NCBI GenBank assembly: GCA_031459235.1
Contig: JAVKIY010000002.1
Location: forward strand, 5,026 to 69,025
Reading direction: 5' to 3'
Source of the DNA: Candidatus Fervidifonticultor tertius
Lineage (GTDB): Bacteria > Sysuimicrobiota > Sysuimicrobiia > Sysuimicrobiales > Humicultoraceae
Length of the DNA stretch: 64,000 bases
Each line of letters opens with the position of its first letter. The stretch's first letter is position 1. This document shows, piece after piece, positions 62,460 through 64,000 of the stretch. Both the position numbers and the translations under genes were made by a program. The notes under the pieces were generated by a model, which had not been told where the DNA came from, did no database searches, and saw only the letters and a list, made by a program, of their open reading frames with translations.

Positions 62460-63152
62460 CTAACGCCTGATCGTCACCGCGCCGACGACACCGCTGAACT
62501 GGAAGTTGCACCCGCTTGGGCACCCGGGTGAGGTCGGGATCGTCCAGTTGACCACCCGCCAGCCGAGCTCGAGGCCGACCCCGCTCTGCATCTCGTAGCC
62601 GAGGGCCGCCTTGAAGTCGGTAACGTTCCCCGCGGCCGTGCCGGTGAAGCCCTGGATTGTGGTCGACCACGATGGACCGTACGCGCCGTCGGCCGTGAAA
62701 TAAAAGCCGCCGGGTTGGCGCACGAGGAACTCGGCCCCAATCCGGAATCCGGAGCCGGTGCCCCTTACCGCGGTGTCGCCGCGGAACGCCGACACGGACC
62801 CGTAGCCTGCGAACAGCCCGAAGTACTGATCCAGCGTGCCTCCGCCGAACCGGTAGTGCACGTTGGCATCCCACAGGTACGCGCTCGTGAACGGCCACGC
62901 CGACGGCGTCACCGACATTGAGTCGTAGCGTCCCGAGAACGACCAGGGTGAGGTGCGCGAGTCGAGCCGAAGCGTCCCGCCCCAGGTGCTCGCGGAGTCC
63001 GTGGCCGTGATAGCGCCTGCGCCCGACCCGAACCCGGCACCCCAGTATCGGAGCTGGAACGTGGTCTGGAAGTTCGTGTTCTGCGCCGCCGCGGGCAGGC
63101 TCGTCCCCAGGATGAGCGCTGTGGCAACGAGTGTGATGGCAAGTGTGCGCAT
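62460..63152 (-). CDS. predicted outer-membrane beta-barrel protein
   Basis: Start set at ATG 63152 (GGGAGGG upstream). Signal peptide MRTLAITLVATALILGTSLPAAAQ. Repeated amphipathic, aromatic-girdle strands (YLWDANVHYRF, FGLFAGYGSVSAF, GFRIGAEFLV, FKAALGYEM, VGLELGWRVVNW). Confidence 0.6.
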   Translation of the reverse strand: MRTLAITLVATALILGTSLPAAAQNTNFQTTFQLRYWGAGFGSGAGAITATDSASTWGGTLRLDSRTSPWSFSGRYDSMSVTPSAWPFTSAYLWDANVHYRFGGGTLDQYFGLFAGYGSVSAFRGDTAVRGTGSGFRIGAEFLVRQPGGFYFTADGAYGPSWSTTIQGFTGTAAGNVTDFKAALGYEMQSGVGLELGWRVVNWTIPTSPGCPSGCNFQFSGVVGAVTIRR

Positions 63153-63266
63153 GATTACCCTCCCTTGCTGGAATGCGCGGCTCCCACTCCCATCTATACC
63201 GCCCAACTATACCATCCGAACCTGCATGTGGCCAAGTCCCGCGCGGCCCAGACCCGTCGGGCCCGG

Positions 63267-64000
63267 CTAGTCCTCCCGCGCCCACTCCAGGAGAACCCGT
63301 CCCGCCTCGGCCAGGGTCCCGGCCTCGGCGTCGGCGCGGATGTGCAGGTGCGCCGCGTTTTCCGGGTTCGGTCGCATCGTGACGTAGACCGACCGTATGC
63401 CGGCGCCGCGCGCGCCCGCAATGTCTGTCGCCAGCGTGTCGCCGACCATCGCCACGCGGTCGGGGGTCAGGTTCCACTGCTGGAGGACCGAGTGGAAGAT
63501 CGCCGGGTCGGGCTTGGGCCGTCCGAACCCGGCCGAGGAGACCACCGGGTCGAAGAACGGCCCAAACCCCATGCCGTCCACGATGCGCTGAATGAGCCAG
63601 TGCGACGTCGCGTTGGAGATGCATGCCAGCGCCAGGCCGGCGCGCGCGAGCTGGTGCAGCAGTCGCACGGCGCCCGGGAACGGCCGGTAGCCGGCGAGCT
63701 CGGGCTCGAAGAAGACGTGCTCCGCAGCCTCGATGAAGGCCGGCCCCGGGGAACGGTCCGCGAACTGCCGAAGCGCGCGCCGGATCCCTTCCTGCATCGT
63801 GTGCTGGCGTCCGGTCGCGGCCGTGGACTCGAGCACCCATTGGCGCGCCTCGCGGAGCGCCTCGCCGACGGCCTCGGGCCAGCCCTGCTCCACGAGCCAG
63901 TCGGTCAGCCGCCGGATGCCGTCCTCGTCCGTCGTGGACGGATAGATGAGGGTGCCGCCGAGGTCGAAGATGACACCGGCCAGCCGGGCGGGGCGCAGGG
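63267..64000 (-). CDS. HAD superfamily hydrolase (5' end beyond window)
   Basis: The ORF-track start at 63893 is an internal GTG. The frame stays open to the window edge and contains motif I VIFDLGGTLI (DLGGT at 63951-63965). Motif II is CISNA, motif III is RPKP, motif IV is MVGDTLATDIAG. Confidence 0.75.
   Translation of the reverse strand, partial: LRPARLAGVIFDLGGTLIYPSTTDEDGIRRLTDWLVEQGWPEAVGEALREARQWVLESTAATGRQHTMQEGIRRALRQFADRSPGPAFIEAAEHVFFEPELAGYRPFPGAVRLLHQLARAGLALACISNATSHWLIQRIVDGMGFGPFFDPVVSSAGFGRPKPDPAIFHSVLQQWNLTPDRVAMVGDTLATDIAGARGAGIRSVYVTMRPNPENAAHLHIRADAEAGTLAEAGRVLLEWARED

Noticed and set aside
1-64000. Window-wide scan for CRISPR repeats, IS elements or transposases, integrases, phage genes, rRNA, and recognisable defence systems (restriction-modification, Cas, retron, CBASS-like).
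   Set aside because: No periodic direct repeats, terminal inverted repeats or matching protein signatures were found. The only accessory-type relic is the truncated vapC. A short or novel element could have been missed without computational repeat detection.

Overview
Very GC-rich (about 70% by eye), almost fully coding bacterial chromosomal window. I found no rRNA, tRNA, CRISPR array, transposase, integrase or phage gene. Genes sit in a few long co-directional blocks, and many junctions are ATGA/GTGA start-stop overlaps. Layout: (1) 0.3-5.2 kb, metal homeostasis: an SCO1/SenC plus PCu(A)C copper-chaperone pair on the minus strand, then zur-znuA-znuC-znuB on the plus strand behind a near-consensus promoter and an AT-rich palindrome. 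(2) 5.2-8.0 kb: DUF192 gene, GAF histidine kinase and ANTAR response regulator (PdtaS/PdtaR-like). (3) 8.0-10.6 kb: geranylgeranyl-reductase-like flavoprotein and an endonuclease Q homologue. (4) 10.75-32.14 kb: 19 co-directional genes. They encode two ABC importers, M24/M20/M29-type hydrolases, an embedded GntR regulator, an LLM oxidoreductase, two unrelated PLP aminotransferases, a cupin, a 3-hydroxyacyl-CoA-dehydrogenase-like enzyme, a class II aldolase, a HAD hydrolase and two molybdenum-hydroxylase large subunits. I cannot assign a pathway; this is my best candidate for an undescribed system. (5) 32.1-39.2 kb, minus strand: a third molybdenum-hydroxylase large subunit co-oriented with a Liv-type ABC importer. 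None of the three large subunits has a [2Fe-2S] or FAD partner gene in the window. (6) 39.3-41.9 kb: AIR-synthase/HypE-like protein and an orphan family-5 binding protein. (7) 42.0-45.8 kb: housekeeping set, R3H/Ycf45-like ATPase, tmk, darA (c-di-AMP receptor) and holB. (8) 45.8-60.1 kb, a 14-gene minus-strand array: SLC13 transporter, nfo, alpha/beta hydrolase, small zinc-ribbon membrane protein, USP, IclR, PotDABC-like importer, hyuA/hyuB, rlmI and a 5'-truncated vapC remnant. (9) 60.2-64.0 kb: EamA transporter (apparently leaderless), Cys/Met PLP enzyme, predicted outer-membrane beta-barrel protein and a partial HAD hydrolase. All product calls come from motif recognition in the supplied translations; no database search was run. 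Many long ORFs in the track are antisense shadow ORFs or 5'-over-extended versions of real genes, and I trimmed or rejected them.
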